From Carcharhinus longimanus (lineage: Eukaryota): 64,000 nt of DNA. Below are positions 47,780 to 61,003 of this stretch, in pieces. The stretch lies in NCBI GenBank assembly GCA_030264375.1, contig JASCQW010000148.1:21533262-21597261 (forward strand). The letters run 5' to 3'. Both the position numbers and the translations under genes were made by a program. The notes beneath the pieces were generated by a model. The model worked only from the letters and a program-made list of their open reading frames with translations, searched no databases and was not told where the DNA came from. Each line of letters begins with the position of its first letter. Positions within the stretch are counted from its first letter, which is position 1.

Positions 47780-48330
47780 CGGATTTGTATTATGTTATAG
47801 TTTGTAGATATTTTATCATTGAGTTGCTTCCTTATAAATTTTACATTAGATCTATGGAATTGAAAACATGTTTTTCCATCCTCTGATAACATTGCACAGA
47901 AGAAAATTTCTGTTAACTTCTTGGTATTCAGTTAGTGACAATTCTCTACAATGACCTCTTGTCACTGACATAATTCAATTTCCCTATTCAAGGTATCAAA
48001 ACTCTTCATAATTTTAAAACAATCTCTGAGACTTTCCTGCATCACTTGAAATAGTCCCAATGCCTTGTCTCTCCTCACGTAACTATAGTCTCTCATCACA
48101 GATATCGGGCAGGATTCTCCGGCCGTGCTTGCCTCAAAACCAAAGAATCTTGCCTGTGGTCATTGGACCTTCTTATGGTCTATCCCCCACCTGCTCCGTT
48201 TCTCGTGGCGGGCAGGACGGGAGAATTTCATCTATCATCTTGGTGAATCAATACTACACATGCTCAATGGCTTTAGTAGCTTTTAATGTTTTTTCAACAA
48301 TGAGGCATCCCAAACAGTATAGCAGTTCTA
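47780..48330 (-). mobile_element. Old CR1 fragment interrupted by a MITE
   Basis: atgacctcttgt, ttcataattttaaaaacaatct and cttggtgaatc antisense relics. Confidence 0.5.
48106..48232. mobile_element. MITE-like element
   Basis: gggcaggattctccgg ... cgggagaatttcatc imperfect TIRs; CpG-rich. Confidence 0.6.
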
Positions 48331-48973
48331 CCAGTATAAATTTATCATTGCTCTTTTGATGTTATACCTTGTCTTTAGCCTTTGTTTGTAGCCTTTTAAC
48401 AATGCAAAAGTGTTGATTAGTGATAATTAACCTCTCTGGCACCGAAAATTGACTACACCAAATGTGGAGCCACATTCTTCAGGTAATTGCTGGAGCGGTT
48501 TAAAAAAAATTAATACGTTCACTAATATTTTCTCTTTTTTTTTCTTGCTCTTAATCTAATCAATTCCTCTTTCTCTTTATTTCTCTTTCTGAACCTAATT
48601 TGAAATTGAATTTGTTCTCTGTACTTTATACTTCTAAAATTCTTCATTCTGGTTGGTTAAGCAAATATAAAGCTTGTTTCCCTACTCACTCATGTCCTAG
48701 ATGCCTTGTTACCATTACAAATTTGCACTTTTAGCATTACCATAGAGGCTGTAGCACTGTTTGTGATCTGAACTGGACATTTGGGTCTTTCCTACTCATC
48801 CCAGTATGCTTCACAGTCATTTTGAAGGTGACTCAAATTAACTGTTGGTAGGGAGAAAGAAACAAACGTTTTTGGAATTTACATCAGAAAAAATGCAACA
48901 TAAACCTGAGGTCTTGTATTTCTGTTGAAATGGATGGTTCTAAGTTATCTTGAATGAATTTGAAGACAATTTC

Positions 48974-49236
48974 TTTGATTTGATTTGATTCATTACTGTC
49001 ACATGTATTAGTATAAGGTGAAAAGTATTGTTTCTTATGTGCTATACAGTCAAAGCATTCTGTTCGTAGAGCTGGAAAGGAGAGAGTGCAGAATGTAGTG
49101 TCACAGTCATAGCTAGGGTGAAGAGAAAAATCAACTTATATGAGATTGATCCATTCAAAAGTCTGTTGGCAGCAATGAAGAAGCTGTTCTTGATTTGGTT
49201 GGTAGGTGACCTCAGGCTTTTGTATCTTTTCCCCGA
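48974..49236 (-). mobile_element. Rex1/Babar 3' end
   Basis: (tttga)3 tail and 3' UTR matching 2273-2530. Confidence 0.88.
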
Positions 49237-49562
49237 TATATAGATCTCAATTTTGAAACACGAAATATTATTGACTTTGTCATTATATCTTAAAAAAAAT
49301 TTGCCTACACACAGCCAAGTGGTATGGTCTACTCAAAATGATTGGAAATGTTCACAATTCTTTTTTTAAAGACCCGATGGAAGTATAAGTCTTAATAAAA
49401 TAGATGCAACAAGAGCTTATGTGAACATGAAAGGTCAAACTCTCTCCTTTCTAAACCTACCTTTAGATTTGGAGTAAATTGGAAATAAAGTGAAAGAGAA
49501 TCAAAATGAAGCAAAAGGAAGGTTTGAGGCATGGATGGGGATGATGCAGGTCATTATCATGA

Positions 49563-50976
49563 AAGACGACAGGCCTGGATGGAGACCCGGATGAGCACTC
49601 AGATCCTGTGGATCAGCTGGCGGAGGTATTTGCAGACAACTTTAAGCTCTCCTTACTCTGATATGCGGTCTCTAACAACTTCAAGACGACCATCATCCCT
49701 GTACCAAAGAAAAGCCAAGCAGTGTGCCTTAATGAAAGATTAGGCATGGCACGCATTAACACTGATCTCCAGATTGCCTGGATCCTCTACAGTCTGCCTA
49801 TCGCTGCAACAGGTCCACAGCAGATGTCACCTCCCAGACCTTACATTCAACCCTGGAACACCTGGACAGCAAGGACACTTATGTCGGACTCCTTTTTATT
49901 GACTATGGCTCAGCCTTCAACACCATTATCCAACTAAATTTATTTCTAAACTCTGTGACTTAGAGCTCAGCTCCTCCATCTGCAACTGGACCGTAGGCTT
50001 CCTAGCCCACAAACTGTAATCAGTAAAGATAGGTAACGACATCTCCTCCACAATTATCCTCAAGTCCGTGCCCTCAGCACCTTACTATACTCTGTTTATC
50101 CTTCTGACTGTACGACCAAATTCCCCCCCAACTCCATTTGCTGATGACACTACCATTGTGATTCGGATCTCAAACAATGATCAGTATAGGAAAGAGGCAG
50201 AGAATCTGGTGAGCTGGTGTGATGGCAATAAATTTCTCCCTCAGTGTCAGTAAAATGAAGGAGATAGTCATTGACTTGAGGAAACGTAGTAGAGGACATG
50301 CCCTTGTCTACATTAATGGTGATGAAGTGGAAATGGTCGAGAGCTTCAAGTTTCTACGTGTTCAGACCACCAACAATCCGTCCTGGTCCCTTCACGCTGA
50401 CACTATAGTTAAGAAAGCCCACTAACACATCTACTTTCTCAGTAGGCTAAGGAAATTTGGATGTCCACTACAACATTCTCAACAATTTTTACAGGTGCAT
50501 CATAGAAAGCATCCTTTCTGGTTGTATCACAACTTGGTGTGGTTCTTGCTCTGACCAAGACCGCAAGAAACAACAAAGGGTCATGGACATAGCCCAGTCC
50601 ATCACGCAAACCAGTCTCCCATCTATTGAATCTGCCTACACTTCCTGCTGCCTTGGAAAAGCAGCCAGCATAATCAAGGACCCCATGCATCCTGGACATC
50701 TTCTCTTATGCCTTTTTCCATCAGGAAAAGGATACAACAGTCTGAGGACACGTACCAACCGACTCAAAAACAGCTCTTCCAGAATGTCATCAGACTTTTG
50801 AATAGACCTATCATATATTAAGCTGGTCTTTCTCTTCACCCGATCTGTACCTGCAACATTACATTCTCCACCTTCTTCTTTCTTTCTCTCCTATGTACTC
50901 TATGAATGATATTTTAGTCAGTATAGCTTGCAAGAAACAATACTTTTCACTATCCCAATACACATGACAAATCAAA
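49563..50976 (+). mobile_element. Rex1/Babar LINE, RT to 3' end
   Basis: Gx[40 protein letters not shown] and FYRCIIESILSGCITTW. Confidence 0.93.
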
Positions 50977-52467
50977 AAAAACTGGAGAACTGAATGCTAT
51001 TTCATTGAACTGACATGACCAGTACAAAAGGGGAATGTAAAAGAAGATGCTTTGAATGCACTGATTTTGACATATTCCTTTGGTTCCTCTTATGGTTAGC
51101 CCAAGAGTAATAAAATAATTATTATCTACAGCTTTTGGTCTGTAAGATAAATTATTGTCTTCTGTTGAAGTGATTACTAGTGTGAAATAATGTCCTTGTG
51201 GTTCTACCTTCCATTATAAATCATTCTTGACTCTCTTCTAACCTTTATTGGTCCAAACAAATGATATAGTCATTTTTTTAGGCAGTTCCATAATTTTAAT
51301 TGGTAGCCTGAAGTGGTTGGATTTAAAATTAAACTGCTTCACGCAAGGCATATTGATGCCATGTGTTGGTGGACACAGCTTTCTCCCACAGTGCCTCCGA
51401 TTCCAATTTACTGTCAGTGGTAGGTGCTGAGTATGGGCTTTGGTATCTTCCTGCAAGCTTCAAGCTAGCGTCAGTGGACAAGTTGCTGTGGGCTGTTTGT
51501 TACAATTCCTGACAGCCAGCTCAAAAACAGCATAGGGGATAAACTGAGACTTGCTTTCTCTCAGCCACGAATGATCTGTTGTCCAAAGACAAAGATATTG
51601 TCTAAGACGGTATCATTCCTCAAGATATGAGGGAGGTGATGGTGAGGAGGGAAATTGTAGTTAATTAACATTTTACTTGTGTAAGTTAGAACACACAGTT
51701 TGAGGTTGCAGTATGCTTCCTTGTGTGATAACAAGCCGTACTCCATCAGGAAAAGGCTATTAATCATTCAGAGCAGAAGCCAAAACGTTGGGGAATTTAC
51801 AGTATTTTGTACAGCCCAATTACAAATGTAGTTCTGTATGTTTAACTATAAATATGAGTGATTTAATTTCTTTTTATCTAATCTGAACCTATCCCATTTA
51901 TCATATGCACATGCAGCTTCAGTGAAATTAGTAATCATACTTAGAACTCTGTTTACTTCTAACATTTTCTGGATAGTTCGATCTTATATGCAGCCAATTT
52001 AATCTTAATTGTGATGTATTCAAAATGCATCGTGATAGTTGTATGCCATGCATGATCTTGTCCTTGTCAAATATTACATCTAATGCAAACAACACAATTG
52101 ATGTTTTGTTTCATAAATACAGAAGACAACATGGCTTTTAAACTGGTGAAGTACAATCAAAACCCATGCTTCTAACATCATGATTCTATATAATTCTAGA
52201 GTTATTTTGACTACACTTACCATAAAACTAAGGGCATATTTTTGTGTAACTTAATGCATCTAAAACATATGCTTGGAATAAGTTATATACCAATTAAATT
52301 GGAGCATTCAAATAGTGCTAGTAGATTTCTGATTTCACTTGAAAGCCTTCTAAATCATTCTTTTTATCAATAAATGTAATATTGCAATCAGTTAACTTGC
52401 AGTACTTATATGAAAGTACAGAGTAAGCAATGCCGAGGTTGTAATTCGATCCTCACATATTTTATGT

Positions 52468-52748
52468 GGATGGCACAGTGAGAGAGTGGTTAGCATTGCT
52501 GCCTTACATTGCCAGGGACCTGGGTTTGATTCCCAGCTTGAGTCACTTTGTGTGCGAAGTCTGCACGTTCACCCCATGTCTGCGTGGGTTTCCTCCAGGT
52601 GCTTCAGTTTCCTCTCTCAGTGATGGTTAAGTACAGTTGCCATACTCAGTGTACCCAAACAGGTGCCAGAGTGTGGCAACTTGGGGATTTTTACAGTAGC
52701 TTAATTGCAGTGTTAATGTAAGCCTACTTGTAACACTAATAAATAAAA
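52468..52748 (+). mobile_element. V-SINE with non-CR1 tail
   Basis: ggcacagtgagagagtggttagcattgctgcc head; tail gtaagcctacttgtaacactaataaataaa. Confidence 0.88.
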
Positions 52749-53813
52749 ATTACCTTTTATATACAATGTATATGAAATATGAATGGAAGTATTGCTTATC
52801 TTATGATCACAGGCTGCTAGAATTGAATGTTGATGTTATATTGCTGTTCTTGAACATAACTTTTCATCTTAAAGTTAGCTGTTTTATTTGATGTGATATA
52901 TTTGAAAATTGACATTCTAGAAAGTAACTGTGTATCTGTAACTACAGAATGTTCCTTCGTTAAACAAGCTTTACAAATAACTAATTTGAAATGAACGATA
53001 AATTTTGTGCAACGGGCAACTGCTAGTGAACATACCTTCCCTTTGTGGAATTGAAATCCTTTTGTACATTTTCTCCAAATTTGAGCACTGATGTATTATC
53101 AGGCTCTGAACTATTTGACTGCCTGACCATGTGGCCTAAGGCACTTAAGTTGTCCAGCAATCATTTATAGGGTTCTTTTACAAACCTGCTGAGTAACTAC
53201 TTCACTTAAGATTGGATTCCCTTGATTCCTATTTGTTATAGTCTTAAGAATCAACGGTACTTTTCTTTGAACTTCTGACCAAACTCTTCATGTTAAGAGG
53301 TAGAAATATCGGAGAGCTATTTTGGAAAAACTTGGCTGTCAGTTTAGTAACTCAAAACTTCGGCCCTGTACTACTGCAACAAATTCTATTTTATTTTTAT
53401 ATACATCTAGCGATTCAGAATTTTACATATTTGCTGTTTACAATTCCCAGAAGGAAATGCCCTGTATATTTGGTGGAGATTTATTCAGTAAAGATCTTTC
53501 AACTCTATGGTGTTTTTGTTGTGCCTACTCAAGAACAAAATTGGTCTTGGGAGTTACAGTTACATCAGCGATTATGGCCTAGATCTTCTGGTCTTCGGAT
53601 CATCAGGAACCAAACAGCCGCCAACCACTGCACCCCCCCCCCCCCAAAAAAAAAGATGTGCTAGGACCCTTTGAAGTCCCAGTGCACTGATTCAGTGGGA
53701 ATTGCCAAAAAGTTTGAATTTCTTGTGGGTAGTTTTTTTTGCTTCACAGGACTCTCAAAAATCTCCAACTCTAAGTCAGAGATGGAGACTTTGGACCATC
53801 CAACTCACTTATG

Positions 53814-54319
53814 TAGAATCATAGAATTATAAAATCTTAAAGTGCAGAAGAGGGCCATTTGGCTCATCGAGCCTGCGCCAACTATAATCCCACCCAGGCC
53901 CTATCCCCATAATCCCATGCATTTAACCTAGCTAGTCCCCCCAATACACCAAGGGGGCAACTTAGCATGGCCAATCCACCTAACCCTCACATCTTTGGAG
54001 TGTGGGAGGAAACCCACGCAGACACGGGGAGNNNNNNNNNNNNNNNNNNNNNNNNNNNNNNNNNNNNNNNNNNNNNNNNNNNNNNNNNNNNNNNNNNNNN
54101 NNNNNNNNNNNNNNNNNNNNNNNNNNNNNNNCATGGCCAATCCACCTAACCTGCACATATTTTGGAGTGTGGGAGGAAATTGGAGCACCTGGAGGAAACC
54201 CACGCAAACACGGGGAGAACGTGCAAACGTCACACGGACAGTGACCCAAGCCAGGAATTGAACTCAGTTCCTTAGTGCTGTGAGGCAGCAGTGCTAACCA
54301 CTGTGCCACCATGCCGCCC
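53814..54319 (-). mobile_element. HE1-type SINE dimer or nested pair across a gap
   Basis: Two non-identical V cores (53966-54031 and 54132-54217), one head and one CR1-type tail. Confidence 0.85.
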
Positions 54320-55171
54320 AAATTACCTGAATAATTACCCAGGAAATGTTAGACAGACGATTCTAGTCTCCTGGGTATCAATGCAATTGACACCCCTGAC
54401 CTGATGACCGTTCCCCCCCCCACCCCCGCAATTGTCCCCTGACCTGACGAACTCTCACAACCCGGCTCCCAACCCGCACCCCCACCCCATCTCATTCTCG
54501 TCGGACCTCGCCATCCTACCCACTTACCTCACTTACTTCATCTGCTCTACCCCTTTACTTCACCCATTATATTCCCTTACCCACTTAACTCATTTACCCT
54601 ATTCACTTACCTCACCCACCCTACACACTCGCTAGCAAACTGAAAAGCTGTTTGAATGTCCCAAAGCTTTTCACTGTGTTGGTGAATACTTACCAGAAGA
54701 CAGCAGCTAATGCTGTAAAAGGGGCATGGCTTCTGCACGGATTCCCTTACTGATGCCTGAGGTTTCCTGCACTGAGTAAGGTCAGCAGAATGCCTGTGTT
54801 CTCTCCATTGGTATCTTGTATTTAGCTACATCCGAGTTAGGTACATTTTTCCGTTGTTTAATTCTATCACATCCACATCAGATTGTAAAGTTTCATTAAT
54901 TTTCAATTATGCCAAGTCATCATGCTGCCAATAGGGACTTAAGGAAAGCTGACTGAAGCTGGTTGAGAAGATTGAAATGCAGGATGTGGAGTCTAAGCAA
55001 GAAAGCTGGAGAAACTTTATCAAGGGAATAGGTAAACTAATAAAATGAGAATGTAGCCAAGATTGTGTTTGGAATTCAGTGAGGCCAGGAATGTGTATCT
55101 ATCATGTAGGATGTTGTCTACCAACTGTCAGGTTGACAGCAGCAAGTGGAGTGACTATGAACCGCAGATTA

Positions 55172-55411
55172 ATGTAGTTAGCCGTGTTATCTCTCAGCAT
55201 CAGGGATCTTGGTTCAATACCAGTGTGGAGTCTGCATAGGTTTCCTCCGGGTGCTCTAGTTTGGTCCGATGGTCCAAAAGTTTGCACGTAATGTAGATTG
55301 GCTATGGTAAATGCATGGGATAGAGCCGGGGTTGGGATGTGGTTGTAGGCCTGGGTGGGATGCTCTTGATGGGCTGAATGGCCTCCTTCTGCACTGTTGG
55401 GGTTCTATGTT
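55172..55411 (+). mobile_element. HE1-type SINE, degraded
   Basis: ggttcaatacc box B, ggtttcctccgggtgctc core and gggctgaatggcctccttctgcactg tail. Confidence 0.8.
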
Positions 55412-55674
55412 TACAGAGTGATCTGTCTATATTTCTGTAAGTGAGAGCTCAAAAAGTCATTTAACACTTATAGTAACACTTATTCAGTTCCATCATTAGG
55501 TTGGAAGTTCCGAATGTTTTGTCCTTTTCTGGAAAAATGCAATCTTTGTAGGCGAATCGCATCAGAAATTGATTATCATGTGCACTGTGTATTAGAATGA
55601 TCTATTTAATACTATTGTCACTTGTATTACTTGGGAGTATATTTGTACTGAAATAAAAGAAATTTAAATTCTGA

Positions 55675-56066
55675 GTGTCTCAGCCATAGCTCAGTCATAG
55701 CATTCCTGCCTTTGATTCAGAAAGTTCTAGATTTCAATCCTGCTCCAGAGACTTGAGCACAAAACCCAGGTTGTGCGGTACTGAGGGTCTCTTTCATGTG
55801 AAATTAACTCAAGGTCCCATCTTCCCCACCCCCTCCCCCACTCTCCTCCCCTCAGATGGGCATTAAAGATCCGGTGGTATTATTTCGGAGAGGGTTCTTT
55901 GTGTCTTGACCAATACTTACCCCTTAATCAATGCTACTGAAACCTGATCGTTATCAACATGCTGTGTATTGTGCACACATTTACCTTTCACAAATTACAA
56001 CAGTGACTGTATTTCAAAATGCATTGACTGTAAAGCTCTTTTGGATATCCTGAGATCAAGAAAGGT
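55675..56066 (+). mobile_element. Deu-type (SacSINE1-like) SINE
   Basis: tagctcagt box A, gagacttgagcacaaaa, ggtactgaggg, ttacaacagtgact...tgactgtaaagc...cctgag..gaaagg tail. Confidence 0.7.
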
Positions 56067-58454
56067 GAGTCTTTATGACTTTAGTTCTTTATTTGTATTT
56101 TTCTTACCTTTGTACTTTTAGGAAATCGACTGAAACTTTTTTATGATGCCGCTGTGGCATTGGGATGTTATTTCAGGAGAGATACATTTGTTTCTGTTGA
56201 TGTTTTTCCATGTGCAGGATAGAAATGAAATTACAGGAGTCGATGTACGTGCGGTGTTAAAGACTGAGAATAGACTCACCAACCCAGCAATGTATATCTT
56301 AGCCATTCTCACACAATACAAATGGTTAGATCTGTAGTGAATTTCAAACATGTTTATTTCCAGTAAAAACAAATTTATTGCAAGTAAGTTCAGTTTTGAA
56401 GCGCAAGGTTTAAATTTACTACAAAAAATCCCACAAAGGTTTTCTAAAGAGGATGTTAAACAGTTCGACAGTGCACAGTGTCACAGCTCTGGGTCTAAAC
56501 TTCTGAGAAGTATAAACAAGAAAGAACAAAGGACGTTTATTGATCTTGTTTTATAATTAACTTGCTGTTGCAGGTCCTAATCTGACTGCTTTGCATTGCC
56601 TTCAATCCCAAAACATGTATCCTTTGCTGAATCAGCAATTGATTCAGTCCCTTTTGATTGTGTCAATATATACTGTGCTCGGTGACCATTAGTCTGTGCT
56701 GTGAGCATGAAGTCTGAAATCACTTTTTTACTTAGAAAATATGCTGTGAACCTCAGGGGGTGATTTTATTTTATTCAGAGTCGTGCCTATTATTTCTGCC
56801 TAAACAGTCTTTTGGCACAGATGTCACTGCCCAGTGTACTATCATTAATGTACAGATGACAACGCATGCTGATGATCAACAATTGTGACTGTTGCTATAG
56901 GTTTATTGAAGAATACTTTGTGTTGATTACAAGAAATAATAAGGCCAGTGGGAAATCATACATAATATGTGGTCTATGCGATACTGCTGCCTATAGTGAA
57001 ATTGTATTATACAGTCAGCAAATTATGCGCATTCCATTGACTGCATTGTTTAAATACCAAGTTAGGTTGGTGGCATTTTGTTTTATTAATTTTGTAACTT
57101 TTAGCAACATTTTAAAAATTCGAATAATTTTCATTAATGTACTTTTACTGGCTTCCTTACATTTTAATGCAGCACCTACATGTACTAAAATCCATCAGTA
57201 AGGTATGCATAACGCCACTCTTTCGTTTTGTTGTTTTCAGTAACACAATGACTATCACCAAAGGAGATCTTTTTTGCAGGTAGCACCAGCCTCTGCAGAG
57301 TAGTTCACTCTCGATCAGGAGGGTGAGCAGCAAATAATTCACTTTAAGCAAACATACAGAATTGGACAGTGGACTGACAAATGGTGTGTGACCGTCAATA
57401 ATAATGTCAAAAAAGGTTAGGTATGATATTGCCCTCGTACCTCTTGATTGTGGATATTCTCTTCAATCACTAATATCTAGCACCTTAGCTTGGTAATCAT
57501 GTCTGAGCTCTGCTGGGACAAATAGGAGATAAAGACAGCTATGATCGTCAGTCAGCAGTATCAGTCTTTTACATACTCCTTTTGGCAGGCTGCTGAGGAA
57601 AATACATTCCTTGTTTCAAGACTTTGTACATTCCAAAAACATCAAAGACAATAAACAGATAAGGGTAGTGTGCTCCATGCAGGAATCCATTCTCAACAGT
57701 ACAAAAAAGACAAAGCCAACTGTTAGTCCTCTTTAGGATAATGACAGAATGTACTTATTGAACTGTACACAGCACTGAAATAGGAATTCCATTTCTGAAG
57801 CAGGGAAGCAAAATGTGTCAAAGTTCTATATTAACGTTCTGTAATGATGCAAAATCGTTAGAAATGCCATCAACAATAAATCTTTTGCATGTAACTTTTG
57901 CTCCCTGTTAAACTCTGGGGTTTATTGGTTTTCAGCAACAGTGATTTGCAGAAATTTACTAACTGGGTTAAATATTATTCATCTATTGAATCATGGTGTA
58001 CATAAGAAATAGCTAGTAGGCTCTTTGGTCCTGCAAGCTTGCTCCACCATTTATGGTCTTCCACATTTATAGAGGAAGTAGCATTAGAACTTCTCTCTGA
58101 GCTTTGAGATGTTTGAATATGAGACTGTGCACCTTTGCAGCTGTGTTTGCTACTGACTATGTTCGTAGAAACACCCCAAGTGAACCCCCTGCTAATATCT
58201 CTTGCTAACGGCTCCAGTTTTGACCTGAAACCTTGAGGTTATCTGTGATGGTCAGGATAATCTCATTCGAGCCCTGCATTTTAGTATTCAGTTTGTTCAG
58301 ATGGCTAAAAATATCTGCAAGATATGCCAGCTAAGCCCCCCCCACCCAGTAATGACCAAATAGTAACTCTTGCCATGGTGGTTCATGCATTGTTGAGAAC
58401 TCTTCGGTTCTGTCTGGAGCTCACGAACGTAGGAGAGAACCTTCCCCTTCGATA

Positions 58455-58860
58455 ACCATTAATATAGATTGCAAATAGTTGAGGTCCAAACACTGATCCT
58501 TGTGAAACCAGTAATTACAATCTGCCAACCGGAAAATGATGCACTCTCTCCTACTTTCTCTTTCCTGTCCATTACTCAATCGATACTAATATATTGCTCT
58601 CACTCCTGTGAACCAATAATTTCTTGTATGGCACCTTTATACACGCTTTAAAATTAAAGAGGGTATTATTGCCATTCTCACCCATTGTCGCACTTGAACG
58701 ATGCCATGGGATTTTTGGATGCTTAACAAATGCCAAGATAAATTCAGTAAGATATTTGTTGCTAGTGCAGTTGCCTTGCTGCACTTTGTTATGCTAATCT
58801 ATGTTTCAATAAATAGACATTCATGTGAGTTTAACAAATAGAATGTCTATAGCTTATTAC
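58455..58860 (-). mobile_element. CR1 RT fragment (its 3' tip may be 58000-58055)
   Basis: Antisense PQGSVFGPQLFAIYIN (aaatagttgaggtccaaacactgatccttgtg) and KVPYKKL. Confidence 0.7.
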
Positions 58861-59103
58861 TTAGAAAACATTGATTATACATTTTTAAAAAATCAGATTT
58901 CGTGTTGTACTAACTTGCATTCTAAAAAACAATTAAAGTCTGATTGTCCCTACCCTTTACAATACACCAGGAAGCAATTACACTTTAATTTAGTTTACCT
59001 TTGGTTCTGTTTTTGGTTTTAAGGGATCACAGATACCTCCCCAATAGAATTATAAATTTTGTATTTCTTGGTTTTAACATCTTTCTGTCCTTTAAGACAT
59101 TTG

Positions 59104-59195
59104 ACATAAACAGAAAGTGCTTGAAAATTTCAGCAGGCCTGATAACATCTGTGGAGAAAGAATAGAGCCAACGTTTCAAGTCAGGATGACCCTTC
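59104..59195 (-). mobile_element. Penelope-like fragment (family of 39125) with partial hammerhead
   Basis: Minus strand reads gaagggtcatcctgactt-GAAACGTT-ggctct...ctccacagatg. Confidence 0.7.
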
Positions 59196-60108
59196 TGGAT
59201 TTGTGGCTCTTTGGATGAGTTTCAGGTGAGCTTCCCTGTATTTGAGGGTCACAAACAGACATAGATTCAGCCATTTTAGGTCTTTATCCAGTTTTAATTT
59301 TTTTAGAAATAACAATGAGCGTATCTCTACATGCTTAAAAAATTATATATGCTATATCCATGGTGAGGTCTTAGCCCCCTTACACCAATGAGGAAGTTGG
59401 ATCTAAGCAAGTTAATCCGAATGTTGTTGTTTTAATCCTTTCAGCTCTCAACTGACATTTATAAATGAAGATAAGGTTTTATAACATGATAGCAACATAA
59501 AGTCACTGTAAAATAATCAAACTTATACAATACCAGTTTCTATGCTTAATGATCAAATCAGATGCAGGGCTGAGTCTTGAGTTCATGCAACTCTCCAAGC
59601 CCGTTACTGTTAGCTGGAGAGATGTAAGCTGGAAGACCACTGCTTCCAGCATATGCCTGTGCTTTCAATTCAAGAAGTTGTAAGATTTACAGCAAGACTG
59701 CCATCTGCAAAACATCTGCTTGTAAATGTCATCCTTTCAGTGCCAAATTGACCTAGATTTTGCAGTGATTGTTGAAGCAAGGGCTTGCTTGCCTTTGATC
59801 TCATACAAAGTTGCCCAGACAGATCCCCAGAGTTTGCTTTATGCTGTTTCTGACACTAGTTTAAATCTGGCGCCAAGTCAGCGGGATGCCTTGCCTTGCA
59901 GCAACAGTAATGTCAGCAAGCAGCCAATCAAATTGAAGTATTCACACACACGGCAAAACAGCAAGTTAAAAACACTTAATTTCAAAAGGACTTTTTCAGA
60001 TTGTGAAGCACATTTAGTTGAATTGATTACGATAGAAACAGAAGTAAACATAAACTCTTTGGAATATAAAAATGTTCGCTTTTTAAAAAAATGTACAATT
60101 AGTTACCA

Positions 60109-60410
60109 TTATAGAATCCTTATAGTACAGAAGGAGGCCATTTGGCCCATCGAATCTGCACCGGCCACAATTCCACCCAGGCCCTACCCCGTAACTCCAT
60201 ATATTTACCCTAGAAATCCCCCTGACATGAAGGGGCAATTTAATGTGGTCAATCAATTTAACCTGGACATGCTTGGAGTGTGAGAGGAAACCAGAGAACC
60301 CAAAAGAAACCCACACAGCCATGGAGAGAATGTGCAAGCTCCAAACAGACAGGGCCATAATTGAACAGTCCTTTGTACTGTGAGACAGCAGTGCTTATCA
60401 GTGTGCCATC
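60109..60410 (-). mobile_element. HE1-type SINE
   Basis: tagaatcc...gaaggaggccatttggccc tail; V core; cagcagtgct head. Confidence 0.85.
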
Positions 60411-60459
60411 AGGTTATGGAGGCATTTGACATTTAATGTAAAATTAGCATCTCAGGCTG

Positions 60460-60810
60460 GTAAAAATGTTTAGCAGTAAGCATGATGTTGTTACTAGAGA
60501 GGCGGTGCTCGACAGACTGGAGGGGCTGATTGTGGACAAGTCCCCAGGACCGGATGGAATGCATNNNNNNNNNNNNNNNNNNNNNNNNNNNNNNNNNNNN
60601 NNNNNNNNNNNNNNNNNNNNNNNNNNNNNNNNNNNNNNNNNNNNNNNNNNNNNNNNNNNNNNNNTGATAAGAGAGGGGATTAAGGGTTATGGGGAGAGGG
60701 CCGGAAAGTGGAACTGAGCCATGACAGATCAGCCATGATCTGATTGACTGGCGGGGCAGGCTCGAAGGGCCAGATGGCCTACTCCTGCTCCTATTTCTTA
60801 TGTTCTTATG
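60460..60810 (+). mobile_element. Young CR1, centre in a gap
   Basis: VDKSPGPDGMH before the gap; 3' UTR and (ttcttatg)2 after it. Confidence 0.88.
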
Positions 60811-61003
60811 TAACATTGAGTTGGAGCTCACTCAGCAAGTCATAGTCTCACTGTTAAAACTCCTGAAAAAGCTAAGAGTGGAAGTGCAAGAGTGTAAGTT
60901 CTCATCAGTTCAGTTGATTCCCATTCAGCAAGTGTTCGGGTTCAAGATCAAAAACTCCAAGGCACATTATAAAATTAGGCTAGACCCCAACTATTTGCTA
61001 TTT

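Noticed and set aside
53631-53654. C-run followed by an A-run
   Set aside because: Simple homopolymers with no associated structure.
59726-60283. 185-aa ORF
   Set aside because: Runs through an unclassified repeat and an antisense HE1 SINE; no recognisable domain or splice context.
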